Positions 21,946-30,681 of a stretch of 64,000 nt of DNA are shown here, piece after piece. The notes under the pieces were generated by a model. The model saw nothing but the letters and a program-made list of their open reading frames with translations. It was not told the DNA's origin and did no database searches. The position numbers and the translations under genes were made by a program. Within the stretch, counting starts at the first letter, position 1. Every line of letters starts with the position of its first letter. The DNA lies in NCBI GenBank assembly GCA_964627005.1, contig CAZVHC010000002.1, positions 13,619 to 77,618 on the forward strand, given 5' to 3'. The DNA is from an uncultured Desulfurococcaceae archaeon (GTDB lineage Archaea > Thermoproteota > Thermoprotei_A > Sulfolobales > Desulfurococcaceae).

Positions 21946-21950
21946 ACAGC

Positions 21951-22313
21951 CTATGTTGGGTAAGCTATAGCCTTTAGTATGGATTTCACGTCTATAACAA
22001 GCTTATCACTAGCTTCTCCATGTATAAGTACACCCTTAAGCCTACCACTATGATCCCTTAGTAACGTATACCTTCCATCAATAAGTTCATCTAACCTATT
22101 ACTCAAATACTCAAGTCTTATATCATCAATACTCACTGGTCTTGGTAAAAGGATCTGGGTACCATCAACACTTGTTGAAACAATCAGATCCTCTGGATAA
22201 GGTCTTGATTGATGCTGTTCAATAAATGATATAAGTGCCTCAATAACCTCAAGTTCTCTCCTAAGCTCCAAGGCTCTCTTCCTAAGCCACTCAAGTATAT
22301 CGTTAACACTCAA
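21951..22313 (-). CDS. Hypothetical protein
   Basis: 120-aa ORF with a helical N-terminus (LRKRALELRRELEVIEALISFIEQ). No recognisable motif. Confidence 0.4.
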   Translation of the reverse strand: MSVNDILEWLRKRALELRRELEVIEALISFIEQHQSRPYPEDLIVSTSVDGTQILLPRPVSIDDIRLEYLSNRLDELIDGRYTLLRDHSGRLKGVLIHGEASDKLVIDVKSILKAIAYPT

Positions 22314-22390
22314 TATCCGGTCACCTAATATTATTTATTAGATGCTAAAGACTTAATTACATATGCTCCTAAGGGGTATGGTGTAGGGTA

Positions 22391-24304
22391 TTGAGGACTA
22401 TATGTACAATACTACTAGTAGTAATACTAATGATATCGTTAATGGCTACACCATTACAAGTACATAGTGCTGGAGAAGGTTTTAGGAGAAGTATAGAGCT
22501 GGCCACACTAGCGGTTGGTAAGAACACTGGCGTGGTCATACCAGTACATGTAGAGATAGAGTATCCTGGTCGTGGAAAGGTAATTGTAGAAACTACTGGT
22601 TATGCTGTATCACAAGATACAAGATCATCTATAGAATATGCGGCTAGGCTAGCAGCCAGATTTTCTGGTAAACACTTTAATGATTATAACTACAAAGTGG
22701 TCTTCCATAACGAATACAATGTCTCTGGCTTAAGTGCTACACTAACATTTACACTTGGATTCGCACTACTGCTAAGAAATGATCCATGGGATGGAAATGC
22801 TACGGCAACTGGACTCTTAGCCCCAAATGGTGTTGTAGGAAATATATCTGGTATAGAGTATAAGTACAGAGCAGCCCGTGAACATGGCTACCTAAGAATT
22901 ATTGGCCCATATACACCCTCTCTACTAGATGAAAAGAACTTCTATCCAGTATCCACATTTATCGAATCCTATGAATACTTTATTGGTGAGAAGCTGTATC
23001 CAAGCTATGTAAGGATGTTTGAAGATCTGTATATCAACAGATCTAGGCATTTATTCACCGGATTCTATAGGGCGTGGAGAGAACTATATCAATTAAGTGA
23101 TGGCGTCACAAGGTATATCTCTAAGCATATGGATGCATTACCGGATGATCTAAGAAGTTATGCTAAGAGCTTCTATAGGGTTGGGATAAATAGTATCAAT
23201 GAATCACTAGTGTACATTAATAGTACTAATTATTACACAGCAGCTAGTAGAGCATATTATGGTTTCTGGAACCTATTGACGGTATATAATATCATAAGAT
23301 ATGTGGTTGAACAAGATAACTTTATGGATAGGATTAGTAGGGAATATGATAAAAACTACTCAATAACACTCGATCACATTAGATCAAAGTACATGGGTAA
23401 TTCTGTGTTCTCAATAGATGAAATAGATATTATAGTTAATGCGTATGAGAGATTATTTGAATCTAAATCCCTATTTGAAGAAGCAGTATCGGTATTATCT
23501 AATAAATCGGCTAGTGTAGAGGAGCGGGTACAAGCTATACAGTATCTCTCAATAGCTATTGCAAGACTATATACAGCTAGACAGTGGTCTAACCTGATCG
23601 ATTATCTGGGAGTAGGTGATAACGAGTTATTTACATTTGATATTATTAGGGAGGTTGCACTAGAGGAGATAGAGTTAGCTAGGGCTATGTATGGTTATCT
23701 CTATTACCTATTTGGTTCAGCTGGAAGGGAGTATATTGAGGAAATGATTAGTAAGCCATTAACAGATGCTAGATCAGCTATTAGCCAAGATCCTCTCTAC
23801 TCTCTATCAGAAGTTATGAAGATCGAGAGGGATCTAAGTAATACATTATTATCAATACCTAGATACACTATAGTAAATGAGTTTGTACTAGAGGATATAA
23901 GGAAGACCATAGTAAGGATTATGGAATGGTATCTACTCTATAAAAACACTACATTACCATCAGGATTTACAGCCATAGAGTTTATGGAGACAAGCGGTAA
24001 CCTAAGCTTAACAGCATTATCGACAGCACTACTACACATGCTAGTCTATATGAGACTATATAGCTTTACAGAATCACGGGGAGCAGTATCTACAGAATAC
24101 ACTTGGTTACAGCCAATAATTGGGGACAACTACCTATATGGGTTGGCGATTGCTTTATCAGTAGCAACCATAGTATTATCAACAATACTCCTAACAATAT
24201 ATGGGATCAGGAGAAAGACTATCCCTGAAAATACTCAAAAAGCGTTCTCTGCCTCACCCCCCTACCAGCCTCCTTGGGAGAAAGCTGATCTAGAAGAGAC
24301 TTAA
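22391..24304 (+). CDS. Secreted, C-terminally membrane-anchored protein with an N-terminal Lon-protease-like (S16) domain
   Basis: Signal-like N-terminus. Lon-C pattern GVVIPVHVEIEYPGRGKVIVETTG...SSIEYAARLA, nucleophile-like VSGLSAT (compare GPSAG), TGLLAPNGVVGNISGIEYKYRAAREHG (compare GG..EK..AA..AG). A helical region of about 400 aa follows, then a C-terminal TM segment. Confidence 0.55.
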   Translation: MRTICTILLVVILMISLMATPLQVHSAGEGFRRSIELATLAVGKNTGVVIPVHVEIEYPGRGKVIVETTGYAVSQDTRSSIEYAARLAARFSGKHFNDYNYKVVFHNEYNVSGLSATLTFTLGFALLLRNDPWDGNATATGLLAPNGVVGNISGIEYKYRAAREHGYLRIIGPYTPSLLDEKNFYPVSTFIESYEYFIGEKLYPSYVRMFEDLYINRSRHLFTGFYRAWRELYQLSDGVTRYISKHMDALPDDLRSYAKSFYRVGINSINESLVYINSTNYYTAASRAYYGFWNLLTVYNIIRYVVEQDNFMDRISREYDKNYSITLDHIRSKYMGNSVFSIDEIDIIVNAYERLFESKSLFEEAVSVLSNKSASVEERVQAIQYLSIAIARLYTARQWSNLIDYLGVGDNELFTFDIIREVALEEIELARAMYGYLYYLFGSAGREYIEEMISKPLTDARSAISQDPLYSLSEVMKIERDLSNTLLSIPRYTIVNEFVLEDIRKTIVRIMEWYLLYKNTTLPSGFTAIEFMETSGNLSLTALSTALLHMLVYMRLYSFTESRGAVSTEYTWLQPIIGDNYLYGLAIALSVATIVLSTILLTIYGIRRKTIPENTQKAFSASPPYQPPWEKADLEET

Positions 24305-24869
24305 TAGTCTCCCTAAAATCCCTCTCCAGAGAACCCCTTAACCTAGGATTATAGAGAGCTGCTGCCGGATGATAAGTTACAGTAAGCTTTACAGGTACAC
24401 CAGCCACTATAGCATCAAAAACACGTCCATGCATACGGGCCATACTAGTCCATTTAAGACCAGCTAGCTCAAAAAGTGTACGTCCAGCATGCCTGCCAAG
24501 AGCAACAATGATCTTTGGTCTTATAAGCCGTATCTGCTTTATAAGGTATGGGAGACAAGCACTAACCTCCTCCTCCCTAGGATCACGGTTTCTGGGAGGC
24601 CTACACTTAACTATATTGGTGATATAGACCTCCTCTCTACTCAAACCAATAGATTCTATTAACTCAGTCAATAACTTACCAGCAGCACCTACAAAGGGCC
24701 TACCAGTCTCATCCTCTCTAGCACCTGGTGCTTCACCAATAAACACTAGATCAGCGTTTCTATTACCTTCACCTGGTACAGGGTTTTTCCTTGTCTTATA
24801 GAGTATACACTTTCTACAGTTCATAATCTGGTTTATAAGATCATCCCATTCATTACTCATACTCTCCAC
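24219..24869 (-). CDS. udg: Uracil-DNA glycosylase, family 4
   Basis: CRKC...VPGEG, GEAPGAREDETGRPFVGAAGKLL and VKCRPP motifs. Confidence 0.85.
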   Translation of the reverse strand: MESMSNEWDDLINQIMNCRKCILYKTRKNPVPGEGNRNADLVFIGEAPGAREDETGRPFVGAAGKLLTELIESIGLSREEVYITNIVKCRPPRNRDPREEEVSACLPYLIKQIRLIRPKIIVALGRHAGRTLFELAGLKWTSMARMHGRVFDAIVAGVPVKLTVTYHPAAALYNPRLRGSLERDFRETIKSLLDQLSPKEAGRGVRQRTLFEYFQG

Positions 24870-24973
24870 CTTAAGGCATACTATACCGTGTATAGTTTGT
24901 ATCGCTAATTTAATGTATCCCCTAAAACATACTTATCACTGCACTAGGAATGTAGTGGGATGAGTGTCTACTA

Positions 24974-25888
24974 TTGAGGGGTATGAGTATAGAAAAGATA
25001 GTTGTAAAGACAGGTATTGCTGAAAAGGCTGGACTACATGGTATTGATGGTATTGAATACTCTGATCTAGAGAGTTATTTACTAGATAATATTGGGAGGT
25101 TAAAGACAGACTATATAGCGTTGATACCCGATATAAGTGTCTCCTTAGCTGAATATATACTCCATAGCATAGGGAATCTTCTTGAGAAAGATGTAGATGT
25201 GATTATCGTGGTCTCTAAACCACGTGGTATATTCGGTAGAGTCCTATCTAGACTTGGTGCACTAGAGGTACTTGAGAAGATAACTGGTCATCCACATGGA
25301 TACCTTATTGTTTTTAGGAGAGAATTGCTTAATAGTAAAAACCCTACGGACCAGGATATCATCACACGAATACTATCAAGATCTAGGAGGATATATAGTA
25401 TCGTGTACGAAATACCGTTATCAGAACATGCCCTGGCAGTTTATGGAAAACTCCCATACCCAATAGTTCTCCTACTGAAAGAGCCTAATAGGGTCATTAG
25501 ATTCGGGATCGTTGGATCGCTTGGTGCACTAGTTAATGTATCTACAGTTGTAATATCAGCTAATATACTGGGATACACTAGTGAGGCAAAGCTACTTCTA
25601 ATCCCAGTATTTCTAGGTTTTGAAGCTAGTATAGTATTCAACTTTATACTACATGAGCTATGGACATTCCGTGAAATGGATCTGCCAAGGGGCTTCCTAG
25701 ATAGGCTTAGAAGATTATTCAAATACCATATTGCAAGTATTGTTAGCTTAATAATACAGTCTAGTACGGTACTACTATTAACGGGTTTATTCTCAATAAA
25801 CCTAGCATTATCAGATTTCATAGGCATACTCTTGGGGTTCATAGCAAACTATATAATTGGCCGTACAATAACGTGGCGCTACAAGTAG
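24974..25888 (+). CDS. GtrA-like membrane protein with an uncharacterised N-terminal cytoplasmic domain
   Basis: The C-terminal 130 aa have four TM segments and RFGIVGSLGALVN...HELWTFR, typical of the GtrA family. Confidence 0.55.
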   Translation: MRGMSIEKIVVKTGIAEKAGLHGIDGIEYSDLESYLLDNIGRLKTDYIALIPDISVSLAEYILHSIGNLLEKDVDVIIVVSKPRGIFGRVLSRLGALEVLEKITGHPHGYLIVFRRELLNSKNPTDQDIITRILSRSRRIYSIVYEIPLSEHALAVYGKLPYPIVLLLKEPNRVIRFGIVGSLGALVNVSTVVISANILGYTSEAKLLLIPVFLGFEASIVFNFILHELWTFREMDLPRGFLDRLRRLFKYHIASIVSLIIQSSTVLLLTGLFSINLALSDFIGILLGFIANYIIGRTITWRYK

Positions 25889-25910
25889 TAGATAGTGGTG
25901 ACTAAAGACT

Positions 25911-26603
25911 ATGCCCGGCTTCTCAATAATAATACCAACATATAATGAGGCAGAGAATATAAGGGTACTAATACCAAGACTAGCCAAGGCAATGGAACAA
26001 GTGCTTCTAGATTATGAAATAATAGTTGTAGATGATAATAGTCCAGATGCTACAGCCAAGGTAGCCATGGGATATAGTAGTAAATACCCAGTTAAAGTCT
26101 ATATTAGACCAGGTAAACTAGGTCTATCATCAGCCGTAATATATGGTGCAAGGAAAGCATCCCATGAATACGTCATAGTAATGGACGCCGATCTACAGCA
26201 CCCTCCCGAGAAAGCACCAGATATAGCGAAGGCACTACTCAGAGGATGCGATATAGTTGTTGCATCAAGATACACGGTTGGTGGAGGAATTAGTGGTTGG
26301 AGTAAATTCCGGCTTCTAGAAAGTCGTATAGCTACTCTCCTAGCATACATGATCCTCCCGACTACGAGGAGAACAACAGATCCTATGAGCGGCTTCTTTG
26401 GATGTAGGAGAGAGTATCTACTAGATCAGCGTATAAGGGCTATTGGCTACAAGATCCTTCTTGAAATACTATATCTAAACCCGGGTGCAAGAGTATGTGA
26501 TGTACCATACGTATTTAGGTCAAGACTCTATGGAGGTAGTAAGCTAAGCTCAAAAGTCATACTAGACTATATTAGACAACTAATAATGCGTAGACTAGGC
26601 TAG
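25911..26603 (+). CDS. Dolichyl-phosphate mannose/glucose synthase-like glycosyltransferase (GT2, DPM1-like)
   Basis: IIIPTYNEAENI, IIVVDDNSPD and MDADLQHPP motifs. Confidence 0.85.
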   Translation: MPGFSIIIPTYNEAENIRVLIPRLAKAMEQVLLDYEIIVVDDNSPDATAKVAMGYSSKYPVKVYIRPGKLGLSSAVIYGARKASHEYVIVMDADLQHPPEKAPDIAKALLRGCDIVVASRYTVGGGISGWSKFRLLESRIATLLAYMILPTTRRTTDPMSGFFGCRREYLLDQRIRAIGYKILLEILYLNPGARVCDVPYVFRSRLYGGSKLSSKVILDYIRQLIMRRLG

Positions 26604-27565
26604 GATATTCTGAGCTCCTCAATCCCTCTTAAACGATTCCATCTGAGATCAAGACCTATGGAATTAGCTGCTATAACAAGTGCACCTAGAACAGGTCTAT
26701 ACTTTAGCCTTTCAACAACTACGTCCTCCATATCTCTTTTAAGGATTTCTTCAAATCTATTCCTTAAAATCCCAATATTAAATACACCACCAGTATAGTA
26801 TACATGTACAGACCCATCTATCTTCATCATCCTAGCAACAGCTTTAACGGCTTCAGCTAACTCATAGGCTGCATCCAATAGGATCTCCTCAGCAAATCGA
26901 TCACCTAGTCTATAGGCACTATAAACAGTAGGTGTAAGTGAAGCTATAGTTTCAATACTAAAGCCTACCTTATAGATCTTATAGGATAATTCCTCCTTAT
27001 CCCGAGCACCAAAGTGTTTAAGAACAAGATCCGCTAGAACCCCCCTTGACAGTCTCCCATCAAGCATTTTAACAGCTATCTGTAATGCCCTATAGCCTAT
27101 CCAGAAACCACTACCCTGATCACCCAATAGCCACCCATGATCCCCAGCTATATACCTATTCCTTCCATCCCAGCCATAAGCTATACTACCAGTACCAGCT
27201 ATAACAGAGATCCCTGGTTTACCGAGGCTTCCAGCCATAAGGGCTTCATGTGCATCATGTTCAATAACGATCTCTCTACTGAGACCCAGTGACTCCAGTC
27301 TCTCAACAACATACTCCCGATCATATCTAGTATCTAGACCAGCCAAAGCTATACACAGACTATCAATATCTATCCATCCAAGACCCCCGTTCTCCAACGC
27401 CTTCACTATAGAATCAACAATATTCGAGACAGCTCTATCCATACCTACGTTATGGTAATTGCTTGGACCGGATAACCCATGCCCAATTATCTCCATGGAA
27501 TAGGTATCAACTATTACAGCTTCAGTCTTACTACCACCACCATCAACACCAGCTATTATGGCCAA
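26600..27565 (-). CDS. BadF/BadG/BcrA/BcrD-type ATPase (N-acetylglucosamine kinase-like)
   Basis: IAGVDGGGSKTE phosphate-1 motif and IAGTGS. Confidence 0.75.
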   Translation of the reverse strand: MAIIAGVDGGGSKTEAVIVDTYSMEIIGHGLSGPSNYHNVGMDRAVSNIVDSIVKALENGGLGWIDIDSLCIALAGLDTRYDREYVVERLESLGLSREIVIEHDAHEALMAGSLGKPGISVIAGTGSIAYGWDGRNRYIAGDHGWLLGDQGSGFWIGYRALQIAVKMLDGRLSRGVLADLVLKHFGARDKEELSYKIYKVGFSIETIASLTPTVYSAYRLGDRFAEEILLDAAYELAEAVKAVARMMKIDGSVHVYYTGGVFNIGILRNRFEEILKRDMEDVVVERLKYRPVLGALVIAANSIGLDLRWNRLRGIEELRIS

Positions 27566-27624
27566 GGCCTATCAACCGCTGAATTTATTACTAGGATACA
27601 CCATGTTCTCTATAATAGCGTGGT

Positions 27625-27861
27625 TTGATTAAAAAGTTGTATATGGTGAGTATTGTGGGAGGAAAGCATGGTAAGTACGTATATGTTGAGAGGAGGGATG
27701 GATGGTATGTAAAGGTTAGAGTTCTTAAGAGCCGTGAACCAAGTGATCCGGAGAAGTACATTGTTGTTGGTCCAAAGGTTAAGGAGCCACCCTATACATT
27801 CAAGGTTATGAAGGAAGAGGATCTACCTGATACCGTTAGGGAGAGGCTTTATATGGTTTAA
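27625..27861 (+). CDS. Small hypothetical protein
   Basis: 78-aa ORF (TTG; alternative ATG at 27643). Basic, beta-rich, no recognisable motif. Confidence 0.35.
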   Translation: MIKKLYMVSIVGGKHGKYVYVERRDGWYVKVRVLKSREPSDPEKYIVVGPKVKEPPYTFKVMKEEDLPDTVRERLYMV

Positions 27862-27994
27862 GTATTTTAGCTACAATAACCTAGTTTTCTACCTAGTAGG
27901 TGCTGAGGCCGACATAGCCCGATCCATACCTATGGAGATGAAGAGGGGTCGATTGTCTGAGACATAATATGATACCTCCGTACTAGCTGGGTGC

Positions 27995-28978
27995 ATGGTA
28001 TTGGCTGAGGTAATAGAGATCAGGATGCATGAGGATATTGATAGGATTAGTCAGCAGTTGAGGAATCCTGCTTTCGGAGCATATATAAATCTTGAAGGAG
28101 TATTTCATGGAGTTGAACGTGTTGTTGGAGAAACGGTATCTAGGATTTTTAACATAATATTCGAGAGAAGCCGTGACAAGTGTTTTTATGTAAGGATTAG
28201 TCTTAGGGGTAAGGAGACAAGTAAATGGGATGAACTAGTCATTATCGTCTGTGGCTCCACGATCATAGCAGCACATGGATCTGTAGGGGGGGAGGAGGAA
28301 AGTGGTAGTAATATAGTATCGAGTATAGTGGATGGATTGAATAAGAAAATGTATACATCAGCTATAGTTGAGTTTATAGAGTTGCCAATTGATTTTGTAG
28401 CTAAGAAATTTGGTATAGCTATAGAGTCTATTATTGAAGAGGGGGTTACTAGTGCTGAAGCTATAAAGAAGACAATGGTGTCCAAAGAAACCGTCACTCC
28501 CCAGCCGGAGGCAATACCTGCATCAACAATATCTATTAGATCGAGTATGGAGAAGACACAAATACTCCCTAGAGAGGTTATGAAGAAGTTCTATCAGAAG
28601 ATACTTCCTAGAATACCCACTATACCTAGCCCTAGGGAGGAGGTTATAGAGGAAGAGAGAATCGTTGAGACACTAGATGATGTCCTAGTCTATGAGAAAC
28701 ACCTACTAAAGATCATGGAGGAGATCGTTAGTAATACATCCCCTGGTGAAGCAAATATATCAATGCTTAGAATAAGGAGGAGAGGGAAAAGACTACTTGT
28801 TGAAGTAAGTGTTGCAAAACTAGGTCTAGTGATGAAGAGAGAGAAGATGATGAAAATAGCAACACTAGTAGCAGATCTAGTGCAGAAGATAATTAGTGAA
28901 AACAACAAGGAACTAAAGTTTAAAGGCATAGATGTAGTTGTAAAACACGGATGGGATCTAGTGAAAATATCTAGGTAG
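27995..28978 (+). CDS. Hypothetical protein
   Basis: 327-aa ORF with plausible amino-acid composition and no recognisable domain. Confidence 0.45.
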   Translation: MVLAEVIEIRMHEDIDRISQQLRNPAFGAYINLEGVFHGVERVVGETVSRIFNIIFERSRDKCFYVRISLRGKETSKWDELVIIVCGSTIIAAHGSVGGEEESGSNIVSSIVDGLNKKMYTSAIVEFIELPIDFVAKKFGIAIESIIEEGVTSAEAIKKTMVSKETVTPQPEAIPASTISIRSSMEKTQILPREVMKKFYQKILPRIPTIPSPREEVIEEERIVETLDDVLVYEKHLLKIMEEIVSNTSPGEANISMLRIRRRGKRLLVEVSVAKLGLVMKREKMMKIATLVADLVQKIISENNKELKFKGIDVVVKHGWDLVKISR

Positions 28979-29038
28979 AAGAGAATAAAAAATAAAAACC
29001 AAAAACCCAACATAACAATAAGGCTAGACAGAATAGAA

Positions 29039-29112
29039 GGGCCCGTAGCTCAGCCTGGTAGAGCGGCGGGCTCTTAACCCGTAGGTCCCGGGTTCAAATC
29101 CCGGCGGGCCCG
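29039..29112 (+). tRNA. tRNA-Lys (anticodon CUU)
   Basis: Acceptor stem GGGCCCG/CGGGCCC, D arm GCTCAGCCTGGTAGAGC, anticodon stem GCGGG/CCCGT with loop CTCTTAA, T arm CCGGGTTCAAATCCCGG, discriminator G. No encoded CCA and no intron. Confidence 0.9.
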
Positions 29113-29156
29113 CTTTCCCATCCCTTATAATGGGCTTACTCGGTAGCCCGTGATGG

Positions 29157-29939
29157 TTGTGGTGGACTATGCTATATAGGGTTCTTGATAACTTGTTTGC
29201 TGTTGGTGATACGAGGACTCTATTTATTGATGGTGCTAATGTACTTGTATTTGCTGATCTGCATCTTGGTTTTGAGGAGGATATGGCTAGGAATGGCTAT
29301 TTTATTCCAAGGGCTCAGCTGCACCGTGCTGTAAAGTCTATTGGTAAGGCATTATCTATTGTGGGTGGTGTTGACACCATCGTTATAGATGGTGATCTTA
29401 AGCATGCATTTGATAAGCTATTGAGGCAGGAGAGGTATGAGGTTAGGAGATTCCTTGAATTCCTAAGGGATAAGGGTATTCATGAACTAATTGTGATCCG
29501 TGGTAACCATGATAACTACTTACCCCTAGTATTGAAGGATTATGGCTTAGAGCTTAAGCTATTACATGAACTGAGAATAGGTGATCAAAAGATACTGTTT
29601 ACCCATGGACACATAGATACCGATATATCTGGCTATGATACTGTCATCATAGGCCATGAGCATCCAAGTATAGGTATTGTAGATGAACTGGGGATTCTCG
29701 CAAAGGTACATTGTTACCTTAAGGTACCAGCTAGTAGTGGTGGGTATATAGTTGTCCTACCAGCCCTAGGTGCCTATCAAGCCGGGAATAACGTATCACT
29801 TGATCGAGGAAACTACCTATCACCAATAGTGAGGAAATATGGATTGATCGAGGAGGCTATACCAATAGCTATTATTGAAGATACTGGTGTACTGGAGCTA
29901 CCGAAGCTAGAGTACCTTCTAGGGCACATGATTTCATAA
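29157..29939 (+). CDS. Metallophosphoesterase (calcineurin-like)
   Basis: ADLHLG, DGDLKH, RGNHDN, THGH and GHEHP motifs. Confidence 0.8.
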   Translation: MWWTMLYRVLDNLFAVGDTRTLFIDGANVLVFADLHLGFEEDMARNGYFIPRAQLHRAVKSIGKALSIVGGVDTIVIDGDLKHAFDKLLRQERYEVRRFLEFLRDKGIHELIVIRGNHDNYLPLVLKDYGLELKLLHELRIGDQKILFTHGHIDTDISGYDTVIIGHEHPSIGIVDELGILAKVHCYLKVPASSGGYIVVLPALGAYQAGNNVSLDRGNYLSPIVRKYGLIEEAIPIAIIEDTGVLELPKLEYLLGHMIS

Positions 29940-29942
29940 GAG

Positions 29943-29983
29943 TTTATAAACCATTTATAAACCACGAGACCCATGGTTTATAA
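29943..29983 (+). promoter_or_regulatory. tbp promoter region: two tandem TTTATAAACCA TATA-like elements plus one inverted copy
   Basis: TTTATAAACCA at 29943-29953 and 29954-29964; TGGTTTATAA at 29974-29983. G-rich GGGGGGTG lies 10 nt upstream of ATG 30001. Confidence 0.5.
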
Positions 29984-30000
29984 GGGGGGTGTATTCTTAG

Positions 30001-30573
30001 ATGAGTGAGAGACTGGAGATTAAGCCAACAACTAATATTGAGAATATAGTAGCTACTGTAATACTAGACCAGACACTGGATCTAAATGCTATTGAGAGGA
30101 ACGTACCAAATGTAACATATCAGCCAGACCAGTTTCCAGGGCTCATATTGAGACTTGATAAACCTAAGACAACAGCACTGATCTTTAAATCCGGTAAAAT
30201 GGTTGTCACAGGTGCTAAAAGCACTAAGATGCTCATCCAAGCAGTTAAGAGAATAATTTATCTACTACGTAAACACGGTATACTGATCACTGGTAGACCA
30301 AAGATCCAGGTACAGAACATAGTTGCATCCGGAGACATACATGCACAAGTCAATCTTGAGAGAGCAGCCTACCTACTAGAGGATAGTATGTATGAACCAG
30401 AGCAGTTTCCAGGGCTTATACATAGGATGAGGGATCCAAGAGTTGTTCTACTAATCTTTAGTAGTGGTAAAATGGTTATAACAGGGGCTAAGGAGGAACG
30501 TGAGGTGGAGGATGCAGTTATCCGTATAGCTAAGAGACTTAAGGAACTAGGTTGTCTTAAACCAAGGATCTAG
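30001..30573 (+). CDS. tbp: TATA-box binding protein
   Basis: Two direct repeats with QNIVAT/QNIVAS, EQFPGLI.R and [13 protein letters not shown]. Confidence 0.95.
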   Translation: MSERLEIKPTTNIENIVATVILDQTLDLNAIERNVPNVTYQPDQFPGLILRLDKPKTTALIFKSGKMVVTGAKSTKMLIQAVKRIIYLLRKHGILITGRPKIQVQNIVASGDIHAQVNLERAAYLLEDSMYEPEQFPGLIHRMRDPRVVLLIFSSGKMVITGAKEEREVEDAVIRIAKRLKELGCLKPRI

Positions 30574-30577
30574 GATG

Positions 30578-30582
30578 TTTTT
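30578..30582 (+). terminator. Oligo-T tract immediately after the tbp stop
   Basis: TTTTT 5 nt after TAG, as in archaeal oligo-T terminators. Confidence 0.4.
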
Positions 30583-30681
30583 CTCCGCCTCACATCACCT
30601 AACTTCTACTACATCAAATAAATCCCTATACATTGACTGTATAGCTAGAACTATATAACTAGGCTTATATATAATCTAGTA

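Noticed and set aside
21864-21948. Reading the long hairpin plus the following ACA as an H/ACA guide sRNA
   Set aside because: No convincing GC-rich upper stem or pseudouridylation pocket could be drawn inside the 60-nt interior. The K-turn-like element sits at the base rather than in an upper stem. It is kept only as an unclassified structured-RNA candidate.
29039-29156. tRNA-Lys as an integration site for a mobile element
   Set aside because: No integrase is nearby and no duplicate of the tRNA 3' half was seen in the window. The downstream genes (metallophosphoesterase, tbp) are core genes.
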